Assembly (NCBI RefSeq): GCF_030684315.1
Contig: NC_081388.1
Coordinates: 8,602,093-8,666,092, forward strand
Length of the DNA: 64,000 nt
Source: Stegostoma tigrinum
Lineage: Eukaryota
Reading direction: 5' to 3'
Shown here: piece after piece, positions 35,471 to 47,735 of the stretch
Position numbering within the stretch: position 1 is the first letter of the stretch
How the letters are laid out: every line of letters begins with the position of its first letter
The notes under the pieces: generated by a model
What the model was told of the DNA's origin: nothing
The model's database searches: none
What the model saw: the letters and a program-made list of their open reading frames with translations, nothing else
Translations under genes and position numbers: made by a program

Positions 35471-38400
35471 TTCAGCTCCACAAGTTCTCATGGAGATGAC
35501 CCCCTGAGTACAATAGAGTCACAGGGTGTTCAGGCACAGAGAGATGTTCTTTGGCTCAGAATGGTGCATGCTGATCAAAATGTCCATTGTGCTAATTTCA
35601 TTTCCTCGCACCTTGCCTCTATCCTTCTAAACCTTTCCCATCCATGTATTTGTCCCAATGTCTATTAAATGTTGTTAATGTAGCCCCTCAAGCACTTCTG
35701 TTGGCCCCTTACTACGTGTGCGCACCACCCTCAGGGTGACCAGGTTGCCATGTCTTTTCAAGACTCTCATGAGCTTATACACTTCGAGGATATCCCCTCT
35801 CAATCTCCTATGCTGTAAAGAAATTAGCCTGAGCTTGTCCAACCTCTCCCTCTATCTCAGGGTAACAGATTCACCTTTTCCAATTTAATCGGATTGCTCC
35901 TGTAACAAGGTGAACAAAACTGAACACAATACTCCAAGCAGAGATACAGAGCCTGTTTCGCAAAACATCTGCACTTGACTTGCAACAAACAACTTCCCAC
36001 AAACTGGAGGAGAAGCACCTCATGTCCTGCCTCAGGAGCTGACGCCCAATGGCCTAAAGGTGGATTTTACCAGTTTTCAAAGCTTCCCTCCCGGTCCTCA
36101 TCTCATCTCAGGCCTCCTTGGCCTGATACATCCTGTCCTAAGTTCTCTCCCACTTATCTGCGCCTCCCACCGCACTGACTAATCCCCATCAGCCCTCCCT
36201 GCACTCACCTACCACCATCCCACCTATCTTCCCCAGCACCACCCCTCCTCTGTATTAACTTCTGACCTCCCTTTCCCCTCTAACATTTCTGAAGAAGGGT
36301 CCCAACCTGAAACGTCAACTTTCCAGCTCCTCTGAAGCTGCCTGGCCTGCTGTGTTCATCCACACTTTGCCATGCTGACACTCCAAATAGGTCCTGCATA
36401 TCTGCAACACAACTTCCCACCTTAGATGCTCATTGCCCTCATTGGCGAATCCCAGCGTGCCAAACGCCATCTTCACTGCCCTGTCTACCCGTCACTCTGC
36501 ATTCAGAGAATTGTGCATCTGAACTCCAATATCCCTCTGTTCCACTACATTCCTTACAGCCCTACTGTTCATCCTGAAATTCCCACCTTGATCTCACTTT
36601 CCAAAATGCATCATGGAAACTTATCAAAGGCCTTACTGAAATCCATATGGAAAATGACTCCTGCCCTCCCATCAAACTTCCTGAACACTTCATCAAAGAA
36701 CTCTGACAAATTTGTGAGGCATCATCTCTAATGCACGAAGACATGCTGACTACTCCTAATCAAAACCTGTCTTTTGATATTCATGCATATCTTATCCCTC
36801 AGAATCTTCTCAAGAATCTTCTCAATAATACGCTTACAAGTGTATTATTCCCATGTTTCTCTTCTCAGCACTTCCAATACTTCCAACACCTCCTCCACTG
36901 TGACATGGACTGTCACCAAGATATCACCACTAACTTCCCAAAGTTGCCATGTCTTCATGTCATTATTCACAGTTCACAAAGAGGCAAACTATTCATTGAG
37001 AACCTCATTCATCTCCTGCAGTTCCACACATGCATGCCCACTCTGGCCATTCAGAGTTCCATTTCTCTCTCCAGTTATTTTTATGGCTTTAACATACGGA
37101 AAGAATCTATTTGGATTCGCCCTGACATTTTCAGTCAAAGCTGACTCATGCCCCTCTTGAGACATCCTGATTTCCTTCTTCAGTTAAATCCTGTAACCCC
37201 TCTCTACCTCCATGCCTTCCCTTGATCCCAGTTGCCTGTACCTGATCAATCCCACCTTCTTTGTTCTGGTAACAGCCTTTTTCATCCAGGGTTCCCTACT
37301 CCTGCTTCCATGCTGTATAACTCCATGACTCTGACAGTCTGTGAAAGAGCAAAGTCAATAACAATTTTTCAGTTAAAAACTGACAGAGACACAGATGCAG
37401 TGAATCAGAAACAAAAACAGAAATTTCTGGAAAAGTTCACCAGAGCTGGCAGCATCTGTGGAGAGAAATCATAGTTACTGTTTCGGGTAGAGAGACCCTT
37501 CCTCTGAACAATTCTTCAATAGTGGCCAAGGATATGAACATATTGTGTTCATCAATAGGACAAACATTGAGGGCAAATTACGATGTTCAGAACAAGCTAC
37601 TAGTAAACATAGAGAGCGAACTTACTTCAGTACAGATGTATCGGGGTTGGGGGAGTGGGTAAGTGTGAAGATTAGTTCACACTGATTGAAAGTGACCTGC
37701 ACATGTTTCCATAGGAACCGCAACTAAATAAAGATGAAGGCACAGAACATGATTGTGAAGAGATTACCTGGTCCAAAAACCCAGAATCCTACACATTGTA
37801 AAAGAACATATCAGCTTCACCAGTGGAATCCGTGATGAAAATTCCACGAGATGAACGCTGCTGAGATGATGTTATAGGGCAACTCCCTTAGTTATCAGGA
37901 AAGAGTTCGGCTGCAAAAGAAATTCAGGAGATGAAGAGTCCTCCAGCTAAGGTGATAGAGTAACGCCCCTGGGGTAGCACGAGTTTCAACCTCAGCTCAA
38001 AACACCAGCATTTCCAGCAGTCTGCTGATGTAGAGCTTTAGAATAGGATCGAGGCCAATAGCCCTCAAGTCAAAGACCCACCAATCTGCCAAGTCTGAAG
38101 AGAATGAATTCAGGGAGAATTACAAAACCTCCAGGATGCCATGAAGTTGTAAAATCAGAGACTTGGGGGAATGTGGGGTCACGGTTAATTTAATGGTCCA
38201 TGCAAAATAGGGTAAGGTTTGATGGAGATGCTGTATGAAGTAATAATTTTGAACGGTTTAACTCTAGGAAGAGTTTTATCCAATCATGTCTTGAAGATCT
38301 TGGAACCCAAAGAGGTTAGAGATCTTAACCTAGATTTCCTCATCATTGTGGGAGCAACTTGGTAAATTAGGTGGTTTGTGATCACTGTCACTCACTAAAT

Positions 38401-40328
38401 GAGACCTTGTTTTTTCGAAAAAAATGGCCTCTTCTGGTTGAGACTCATTGGTCACTTTACTTGCCCACCAGCCGGGTTGGTCACGACGAGAGGCTCGTAG
38501 CAATGAAGTGCCCTGACCACAATCTGAGGGTGGTAGGCAGGGCAATGTATACAACATGTACCATTCGGCCCTGTTTACTTTCAGATTGGTGCAGTCGCAG
38601 GATCGCAGTAAAAACAGATTTGAAAGCGTCAAACTTTGAAAGAGTCATTGGAAGCAGCAAGGCAAAAGGAATCAGGTGAGATATCCACATGCATAAGGCA
38701 ATGCCAGGGTCCGTGCCAATAGATGAGATGAGCTGACGCACTGAGTGCCAACCCTGCTCTCAATCCCAAGTCCTCAGTGGCTGGTTACTGGTGCCATCTG
38801 ATTCCATGAAAAGACATTGCTTTCTGTCTACATTCTTCCTGAAGCTTCCTCGTCTACCCAGAACAACAGCTGCCCGGCCAATGTCAAGCCAACAATGTAA
38901 CAAAGAGCCAAGCTTACTGTGAGCCTTTAAGGGGTGGTGAAGGACTGGTTACTGTCCAAACCACCTTAAAGTAAATGCATTCTGATCGTGTCTCTTTTCA
39001 AGTTAGGAACGTGCTGAAAGCGATTCGCAGACACTGGGGTGAAAAGTTTGAGGAGATTGGTAGTTGGGGTTGTGAATGAGGTTGTAGACATGCTGGCCGA
39101 GCCGTTGGCTTTGGGTGCAAACATTTCATCGCCCTGGTAGATAATATCATCAGTGTGCCTCTTGGTGAGCGATGGTGTTCTGTCCCACTTGTTATTTATA
39201 TGTCTCTGTTTGCTGGAATGGCTGGTATAGCTTCCAGTTCTGTTCCTCAGTGATTGAACTGTCCCAATGTACAAACCACTGAGAAACAGAACCGGAAGGA
39301 ATCCCAACCATTCCAGCAAGCTGAGACACAGAATTAACTAGTGGGACTGAACACCATCGCTTCCCCAGAGGTGCACTGACGACGTTACCGAGCAGGGTGA
39401 TGAAACGTTTGCATCCAAACCTGTTCGCTCAGTGAGCACATCTGCAACCTGAATGGGGTGAAATTTGAAGTGTGGCATCTGTGGTAATGTAGGGAAAAGC
39501 AGCAGGAAAGATCCCACAGAGGTGCTTACTGAGGGAAAATGTGTGATCAGAATGCCAGCAAACATTCACCTGTGCTTCTTTGAACACAGTACCTGGAGTA
39601 TATTTAATTTACAAGCAAATGTGTGAGCGGAATTGTGATGAATTTAACTTTTTACCCAACATAACGTAGCTCCAACAGTGCTTGCCCACAAAGAGGGACT
39701 GAAGCATGGTGTGAGGTCATAGAAAGTTAGCCCCAGTGGCTTCTCAGAGAAAGGACGAACACAGTAATACTTCCACACACCCAAAACTACGAACACCTTT
39801 TCCTTTTCCTCCAGACTGAAATGATTGAATAACACTGTCAGAGGACAAGCCCCAAGCTCAACAGTATTGTTCTTTCTCTGCCTGTGATTGAATGCCATGG
39901 GTAATTACGATGGCCTTGTGGTATTATAGTTGGGCAGTTTAACCAGAGACACAGGTGATGTTCCGGGGAGCTGGAATTCAAATTCAATAAAAATATCCGG
40001 GATTAAACAGTCCAATAATGACAGAGTCTGTTACCAATTGTTGGGAGAAAACCCATCTAGTTCGCCACCATCCTTCACAGAAGGAAACTGCCATCCTTGC
40101 CTGGACTACAGCTGCCCTCTGGACAATAAACACGCACCTAGCCTGTGCCACCCTCATCCGTGAGGAAATTATATTAAAAATTGTTTGACAATGATTGGTG
40201 CACTGCTTGATGTAAATCAAAACAGGATTACTGAAATTCTCCAAGGCACTGAACATCCCAGAACATTTGTGTGAAGGTATTACAGGAGGAGAACACATTA
40301 TAGAGAAACACACCACCCATAGTAATGA

Positions 40329-40489
40329 GAGAGATAATAAAATCTGAGGCTGGATGAACACAGCAGGCCAAGCAGCATCTCAGGAGCACAAAATCCTCTC
40401 TGGTGAAGGGTCTAGGCCCGAAACGTCAGCTTTTGTACTCCTGAGATGCTGCTTGGCCTGCTGCGTTCATCCAGCCTCACATTTTATTA
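40329..40489. mobile_element. 161 bp Penelope-derived hairpin insertion with a 13 bp target-site duplication
   Basis: 59 bp inverted arms at 40335-40393 and 40431-40489. TSD cccatagtaatga (40316-40328) and cccatcgtaatga (40490-40502). The empty site is in unit 2 at ~12663-12675. Confidence 0.85.
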
Positions 40490-41240
40490 CCCATCGTAAT
40501 GAAGTGTTTAAACAGCTAAAGCTTACAAAGGCGCTTGGGCAGTAACTCTCAGATGTGTGTTGTGGCCATCTTTATAATTAGGTCATCAGCAACTGGGTAT
40601 AGTTTTTGGAGAGAAGGGATGACACTTGATTATTGTTCACCTTCAGGCCCCAGTTGTTAATGAGGGCCTGAAGTGTGGAGGAGTCTTAAGGCCTGTACAT
40701 TCCAAAACAGGGCCCCCAGCCTGCATTCACATTCAGCTGCAATTTGTACAGTAGATGCTTGACTCAGTTGAGTCAGGACTATCTGACCTCAGACCAAAAC
40801 CCCAGGGAAGAAAGCCCAGTGGAGAAAAAAAACAACTAATATTTACAAGACAAGGTGGACATTGGACTGAGATTCTTTCTGAAGAATACAGCAGAAGACA
40901 GAGCAATGTGTCTCAGGCACCAGTTTGATTCACCCCATAGAATTCTCACATTATGGAAGCAGTGCAATTGCCCCATTGAGTCCACACAGCTACCCCAACC
41001 CCTCTGAAGAGGGTCCTGGCCATGCCCTTTAACCCTACATCCCCCATATATAACCCACAGGGCCTACATATCCCTGTACTCTGGTGCACTTTCCCCATGG
41101 CCAATTCATGGTGACTGGCACCCCTTTGGGTGGAGGGGAAAAGATACCTGAGCACTCCCAGTCACAGCGATAACATGCAACCACCAGCAGGTGGAATGAA
41201 CTCAGTCTCCTGGTGTTGCGTTGCAACAGTCTAAGCCACT

Positions 41241-41400
41241 GAACCAATGATCCAGCCCCAATCTCTGCAAATTCCACCAATGTCTACATCCATTGGCTTC
41301 TTACCAGGAGGGCCCATTTCATTTGGACCAATAGGAATGGCGGGGAGTTGCCATGCTGTCACCTGACTGCATTCAGTTCCACAGGTTCTCATGGTGATGG
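41241..41400 (-). promoter_or_regulatory. Orphan upstream half of a ZP3 promoter (TATA and gene deleted)
   Basis: Matches 16781-16940 (CCAAT boxes and distal E-box) but is joined directly to 3' flank sequence at 41240. Confidence 0.7.
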
Positions 41401-42309
41401 CCCCCTGAGTACAATAGAGTCACAGAGTCTTCTGGCTGAGAGACAGGTCCTTTGGCCCGGAATGATGCACGCTGACCAAAATTTCTATCCGTGCTAAAAT
41501 CATTTCCTTGCACCAGGACCCTGTCCTTCTAAACCTTTCCCATCCGTGTATTTGTCCCAATGCCTATTAAATGTTGTTAATGTAGCCCCTCAAGCACTTC
41601 TGTTGGCCCCTTACTCCATGTGTGTACCACTCTCAGGGTGACCAGGTTTCCATGTATTTACAAGACTCTCATGAGCTTATACACTTCGAGGAGATCCCCT
41701 CTCAGTCTCCTACACTCTAAAGAAATTAGCCTGAGCTTGTCCAACCTCTACCTCTATCTCAGGGCAACTGTTTCATCTTTTCCAATTTAATAGAATTGTT
41801 CCTGTAACAAGGTGACCAAATCTGAACACAATACTGCAAGAGGAGATACAGAGCCTGTTTTGTGGAGGATCTGCACTTGACTTGCAACAAACTACTTGCC
41901 ACAAACTGGACGAGAAGCACCTCATGTCCTGCCTCAGGAGCTGACAGCCCAATGGCCTAAACGTGGATTTTACCAGTTTTAAAATCTCCCCTTGCCCGGC
42001 CTCATCTCATGATCAACCCTACCTCTCATCCCTACCTCCTTGACCTGATACAACCTGTCCACCTTCTCTCCCACCTATCTGCGCCTCCCACCTCACTGAC
42101 TAATCCCCACCACCCCTACCTGCACTCACCTGTCACCATCCCATCTACCTTCCCCAGTTCAACCCCTCCTCTTTCTATTAACTTCTGAGCTTCCTTCCCC
42201 TTCTCCAATTTCTAAAGAAGAGTCCCGACCTGAAACATCAACTTTCCTGCTCCCCACATGCTGCCTGGACTGCTGTGTTCATCCACACTTTGTTAGGCTG
42301 ATACGCCAA

Positions 42310-43530
42310 ATGTGTCGTCCTCATCTGCAACACAAATTCCCACCTTCGATACTCAATGCACACATAGACGAAAGCCAGTTTGTCAAACGCCATCTTCACT
42401 GCCCTGTCTAGCCGTCACTCAGCTGTCAGAGAATTGTGCGCCTGAACTCCAATGTCCCTCTGTTCCACTACACTCCTTACAGCCGTACCGTTCACCCTGA
42501 AATTCCCACCTTGATTTCGCTTTCCACAATGCAACACCTCACACTTATCTAGAATCAAATCCATTTGCCATTTATCGGCCCACTTCCACAGCTGATCAAC
42601 ATCATGTTGCAATTTCTGAAAACTTTCCTCACTATCCACAATACTATCTATTTTAGTGTCATCTGCCAACTGACTAATCATGCCTTGTACACCCTCATCT
42701 ACAGCATTGATATAGATAACAAACAGCAATAGGCCCAGCACTGACCCCTGAGGCACACCACGAGTCACAGACCTCCACTCCGACAAGCATCCTTTCACTA
42801 TTACTCTCTGCTTCCACCCATCAAGCCAATTATGTATCTCGTTTACTGGATACTATTCGAGCTAACTTTCCAGAGCTGCCTAAAACATGGAAACTTATCA
42901 AAGGCCTTACTGAAATCCATCGGGACTACGCCTCTTGCGCTGCCATCACACTTCCTGAACATTTCATCAAAGAACTCTGACAACTTTGTTTGGCATCATC
43001 TCTAATGCACAAAGCCGCACTGACTACTCCTAATCAAACCCTGTCTTTTCATATGCATGCATATCTTATCCCTCAGAATCTTCTCAAGTAACATGCCTAT
43101 CACACATGCTATGCTTACAAGCCTATAATTCCCAGATTTCTCTTCTCAGCACTTCCAATACTTCCAACACCTCCTCCACTGTGACATGGACTGTCACCAA
43201 GATATCACCACTGACTTCCCAAAGTCGCCATGTCTTCATGTCATTATCCACAGCTCACAAAGAGGCAAACTATTCATTGAGAACCTCATTCATCTCCGGC
43301 AGTTCCACACATGCATGTCCACTCTGGCCATTCAGAGTTCCTATTCTCTCTCCAGTTATTTTTATGGCTTTAATATACGGAAAGAATCTATTTGGATTCG
43401 CCCTGACATTTTCAGTCAAAGCTGACTCATGCCCCTCTTGAGACATCCTGATTTCCTTCTTCAGTTAAATCCTGTAACCCCTCTCTACCTCCATGGCTTC
43501 CCTTGATCCCAGTTGCCTGTACCTGATCAA
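42310..43530 (-). mobile_element. CR1-like LINE RT fragment, left palindrome arm
   Basis: ORF 42415-42798 with GVPQGSVLG and ADDTK motifs. Confidence 0.9.
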
Positions 43531-45657
43531 TCCCACCTTCTTTGTTCTGGTAACAGCCTTTTTCATCCAGGGTTCCCTACTCCTGCTTCCATGCTGTATA
43601 ACTCCATGACTCTGACAGTCTGTGAAAGAGCAAAGTCAATAACAATTTTTCAGTTAAAAACTGACAGAGCCACTGATGCAGTGAATCAGAATCAAAAACA
43701 GAAATTTCTGGAAAAGCTCACCAGAGCTGGCAGCATCTGTGGAGAGAAATCACAGTTACTGTTTCGGGTAGAGAGACCCTTCCTCTGAACAATTCTTCAA
43801 CAGTGACCAAGGATATGAACATATTGTGTTCATCAATAGGACAAACATTGAGGGCAAATTAAGATGTTCAGAACAAGCTACTAGTTAACATAGAGAGCGG
43901 ACTTACTTCAGTACAGATGTGTCGGGGTTGGGGGAGTGGGTAAGTGTAAAGATTAGTTCACACTGATTGAAAGTGACCTGCACATGTTTCCATAGGAACC
44001 GCAACTAAATAAAGATGAAGGCACAGAACATGATTGTGAAGAGATTACCTGGTCCAAAAACCCAGAATCCTACACATTGTAAGAGAAAATATCGGCTTCA
44101 CCAGAGGAGTCCATGATGAAAATTCCACGAGATGAACGTTCCTGAGATGATGTTATGGGGCAACTACCTTAGTTATCAGGAAAGAGTTCAGCTGCAAAAG
44201 AAATTCAGGAGATGAAGAGTTCTCCAGCTAACGTGATAGAGTAGCGCCCCTGGGGTAGCACGAGTTTCAACCTCAGCTCAAAACACCAGCATTTCAAGCA
44301 GTCTGCTGATGTTGAGCTTTAGAATAGGATCAAGGCCAATAGCCCTCAAGTCAAAGACCCACCAATCTGCCAATTCTGAAGAGAATGAATTCAGGGAGAA
44401 TTACAAAACCTCCAGGATGCCATGAAGTTGTAAAATCGGAGACTTGAGGAGATCTGGGTTTGTGGCATGTAAAGCTTGGTGGAGCTCATATGTAGTTTGC
44501 TGAGTGGTTTGTATATTGTGTACAGTTCACTCACTGAGAAACAGAACTGGAACTAACCCCAACCGCCCCAGCAAACCGAGGCATGTAAATAACAAATGGG
44601 ACAGAACACTGACCCTTCACCAGAGGCGCACTGACAATGTTACTTCACAGGGTGACTAAACGTTTGCGACCAAGCCCATCGGCTCAACGAGCATGTCTGC
44701 GTCTTCAGTGAGGTGAACTTTGAAGTGTGTCGCCTGTGGTAATGTTGGGAGAAGCAGCAGGAAATTTGAGCACAGCAAACTCCCACAAGTTGCTCACCTT
44801 TGGCGATTCTCACCGAGGGGAAAATGAGTGATCAGAATGCCAGCAATGATTTGACATGCAGTGCCTGGCGTATACTTAATTTACAAACAATTATGTGAGT
44901 GCAATGGTGGTGGATTTAACTTTGTATGCAACAAAACTGAGAGGTCCAACAGTGCTTTTCCAGCAGATTCCTCAAAAAAAACTGGAGAGGCACTTCAGCA
45001 TGGAGTCCGCTCGAAGAAAATCATACCCATTGGCCTGAGTTTTCAGGGAAATGATAAACACATTAATATTTCCACATTCCCAAAACCAAGTGCTCACAGA
45101 GATGTACAGAACACGTCTCTTTTTCCTCCAGACTTAAATTATTGAATAACATTGTCAGAAGAAGACAAGCTCAATTGTTTTGTTGTTTTCCTATTTGTGA
45201 TTGAATGCAGCAGGTATTTCTGATGGCCTCGTGGTATTGTAGCTGGACTGTTAATCCAGAGACCCAGGTAATGTTCTGGGCACCCAGGTTTGAATACCAC
45301 CATGGCAGATGGTGGAATTTGAATTCAATAAAAATATTTTTGCTGAGGCATGGAAGGCATAGGAACCCTTCATTGTCCCATCTTCAACAAACCTCAGTGT
45401 TAGTGAGGGACTGAAGGCTGAATGAGTCTTAATGTCAACACATTCCAAAACAGAGCCCCCAGCCTGTGTTCACGTTCAGATGGGACTCGTACAGTAGATG
45501 CTTGAGTCAGGACTATCTGCCTCATGACTGGTTCAAAACTCCCAGAAGGAGAAAGCCGGTTAAAAAACAAACTGCAATATTTAGAAGTGAGGGTGGGCAT
45601 TTGTATTGGAGATTCTTTCTGAAGTATACAAGACTAGTCAGAGAAGTGTGTCTCATT

Positions 45658-45978
45658 TAGATTAGATTAGATTCCCTACAGAGTGGAAACAGGCCCTTCG
45701 GCCCAACAAGTCCACACCGCCCCTTGAAGCACCTCACCCAGACCCATCCCCCTATAACCCACACATCCCTGAACACTACGGGCAATTTAGCATGGCCAAT
45801 CCACCTAGCCTGCACATCTTTGGACTGTAGGAGGAAACCGGAGCACCCGGAGAAAACCCAAGCAGACACAGGGAGAATGTACAAACTCCACACAGACAGT
45901 TAGCCGAGGCTGGGATCGAACCCGGGTCCCTGGTGCTGTGAGGCTGCAGTGCTAACCACTGAGCCATTGTGCCGCCCC
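45658..45978 (-). mobile_element. tRNA-derived SINE (HE1/V-SINE-like), mirror copy in the left arm
   Basis: Reverse complement of 55930-56250. Confidence 0.85.
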
Positions 45979-45999
45979 ATTTACCAGTTTGACTTATCC

Positions 46000-46330
46000 C
46001 ATAGAATTCCCACAGTGCAGAAGTTTCCCAATTGGCCCATCGAGCCCACACGGCTGTCCCAAACCCTCTGAAGAGCAGTCCACCCAGACCCATCCCCGCA
46101 CCCTCTCCCTGTAACCCTAGATCCCCCATGGGTAACCCACCTTGTCTGCACATCTCTGCACACTGTGGGGCAATTTCCCATGGCCAATTCACCCTGACCG
46201 GCACACCTTTTGGCTGTGGGAGGAAGCCGGAGCACCCGGAGGAAACCCACGCAGACACAGGGATAATGTGCAAATTCCGCACGGACAGCCGCCCGAGGCT
46301 GGAATCAAATCCGTGTGCTCGGTGCAGCAA
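46000..46330 (-). mobile_element. Older V-SINE-like copy; mirrored at ~55578-55908, with decayed equivalents at ~4030-4350 in each unit
   Basis: Contains the V-domain-like ggaagccggagcacccggaggaaacccacgcagacacagg. Confidence 0.7.
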
Positions 46331-46849
46331 GGCAGCAGTGTTTGTTTTTTGGTTTCAGACCTATCTCCTAATCCAGGGCTGCCTGATGACTGATAATTTA
46401 GGCCTGCAACTGACTTTCAGTTATTCAGGCTTACTTGCCCCCACACTTAGGCCCAGAATGTTTGTTTGTGGGCAATAAATGTTGGTCCAACCAGCAATGC
46501 CCACATCCCACCAAGGAGTGACAAATCAGGCCCACATAGAGCCGATGCCTAACCTCTAATCTCTGATTCAGGCCCAGGCCACAGCTTCTGATTTAGACTG
46601 AACTCTACTTAGAACTCACACTGACTCGAGGCTAAAAACTGACTCCTGACCAATTCAAGCCAGGATGAATTTCACAGATTGAGCTGCTGTCACTGAATTT
46701 TTGTCCAAGTGTGGATGGATATGTATGTCAAGTCCTTGGCATTGTATGTATACTGCTGTTAGAATATAAATATAAATACAAATCTGTTCTTTTATCTGAG
46801 GAAAAATCTAAAGCTGGCTTCAAGATTATAATTTAAGATTATGAAGGGC

Positions 46850-47106
46850 ACACGGTGGGAACATCACCTCCTGAAAGCTTCCCTCTGACCGTCCTGACTT
46901 AGAATTATATCACTGTTATTTCATTGTCACTGGGTCAAAATGCTGGAATTTCCTCTCTAACAGTATTGTGGGCCAACACACTGCACATTGACTGCAGCAG
47001 TTCAAGAGGGCAGTTCACTGCCAATTTCCTGAAACCAACTCAGGGTGGGCAATAAATGTTGGTCCAACCAGCAATGCCCACATCCCACCAAGGAGTGACA
47101 AATCAG
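46850..47106 (+). mobile_element. L2-like LINE/SINE 3' end; mirrored at ~54802-55058
   Basis: gggtcaaaatgctggaat...gcagcagttcaagagggcag...gggcaataaatgttgg...gcccacatccc. Confidence 0.5.
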
Positions 47107-47189
47107 AACATATGTTAGTCATTTCTTCAGAGCAGATCCATAATCCTCCCAATCAAATCATTTCTGGAGTGCTTCCATTATTTTATCTT

Positions 47190-47735
47190 ATGGAGTCATA
47201 GTCATCCAGCACAGAAACAGACCCTACAGCCCAACCAGTTCATGCCGACTATCATCCCAAACTAAGCCAGTCCCACCAGCCTGCTCCTGGCCCATATCCC
47301 TCTAAACCTTTCCCTATTCATGTACTTATCCAAATGTCTTTTAAATGTTATAATTGTGCCACATCCACACCTTCCTCTGGAAGTTCATCCCACACGAGAA
47401 TCTATTTAAAAGATTTGCACCTCATGTCATTTTTAAATGAGTCTCTTCTCACCTTAACAATGTATTCCCTAGTTTTAAAATCCCCCATATGATCTTCCAT
47501 TAACCCCATCTATGGCCCTCGTGATTTTATAAACCTCTATAAGGTCAACTTTCAACTTCCTATGCTCCAGCGAGAAAATGTCCCTGAGTCTATCCAGCCT
47601 CCCCTTATAGCTCGAAACTTTCATTCCTGGCAACATCCTGGTAAATCTCTTCTGAATCCTCTCCAGTTTAATAATATCTTTCCTGTGACAAAGAGACCAG
47701 GACTGGACAGAGTATTCCAGAAGAGGCCTCTCTTC
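47190..47735 (-). mobile_element. CR1-like LINE 3' end (ORF2 C-terminus and 3' UTR); mirrored at ~54175-54718
   Basis: RPLLEYSVQSWS...KLERIQKRFTRMLPG...DLIEVYKI motif, ending in a short tatgactc-type tail. Confidence 0.85.

Larger units (their letters stand above)
1..44446. repeat. Tandem segmental array of ~9.1-9.5 kb ZP3-containing units
   Basis: A marker ORF recurs at 1601, 10718, 20192, 29262 and 38371 (spacings 9117, 9474, 9070, 9109). A sixth partial unit starts near 43060, and close similarity ends at ~44446 (gagacttg|aggaga). Confidence 0.97.
44530..46330. repeat. Old diverged copy of the ZP3-unit 3' flank (homologous to ~2505-4330); mirrored at ~55580-57380
   Basis: Colinear matching blocks with many substitutions: cactgagaaacagaac, gggacagaacac, aaaatgagtgatcagaatgccagc, ttttcctccagact, agtagatgcttgagtcaggactatctg, cccatagaattc. 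Confidence 0.8.

Noticed and set aside
45776-46478. Long overlapping ORFs of 184 and 148 aa (mirrored at 55430-56132)
   Set aside because: They are chance open frames across two GC-rich SINE copies.
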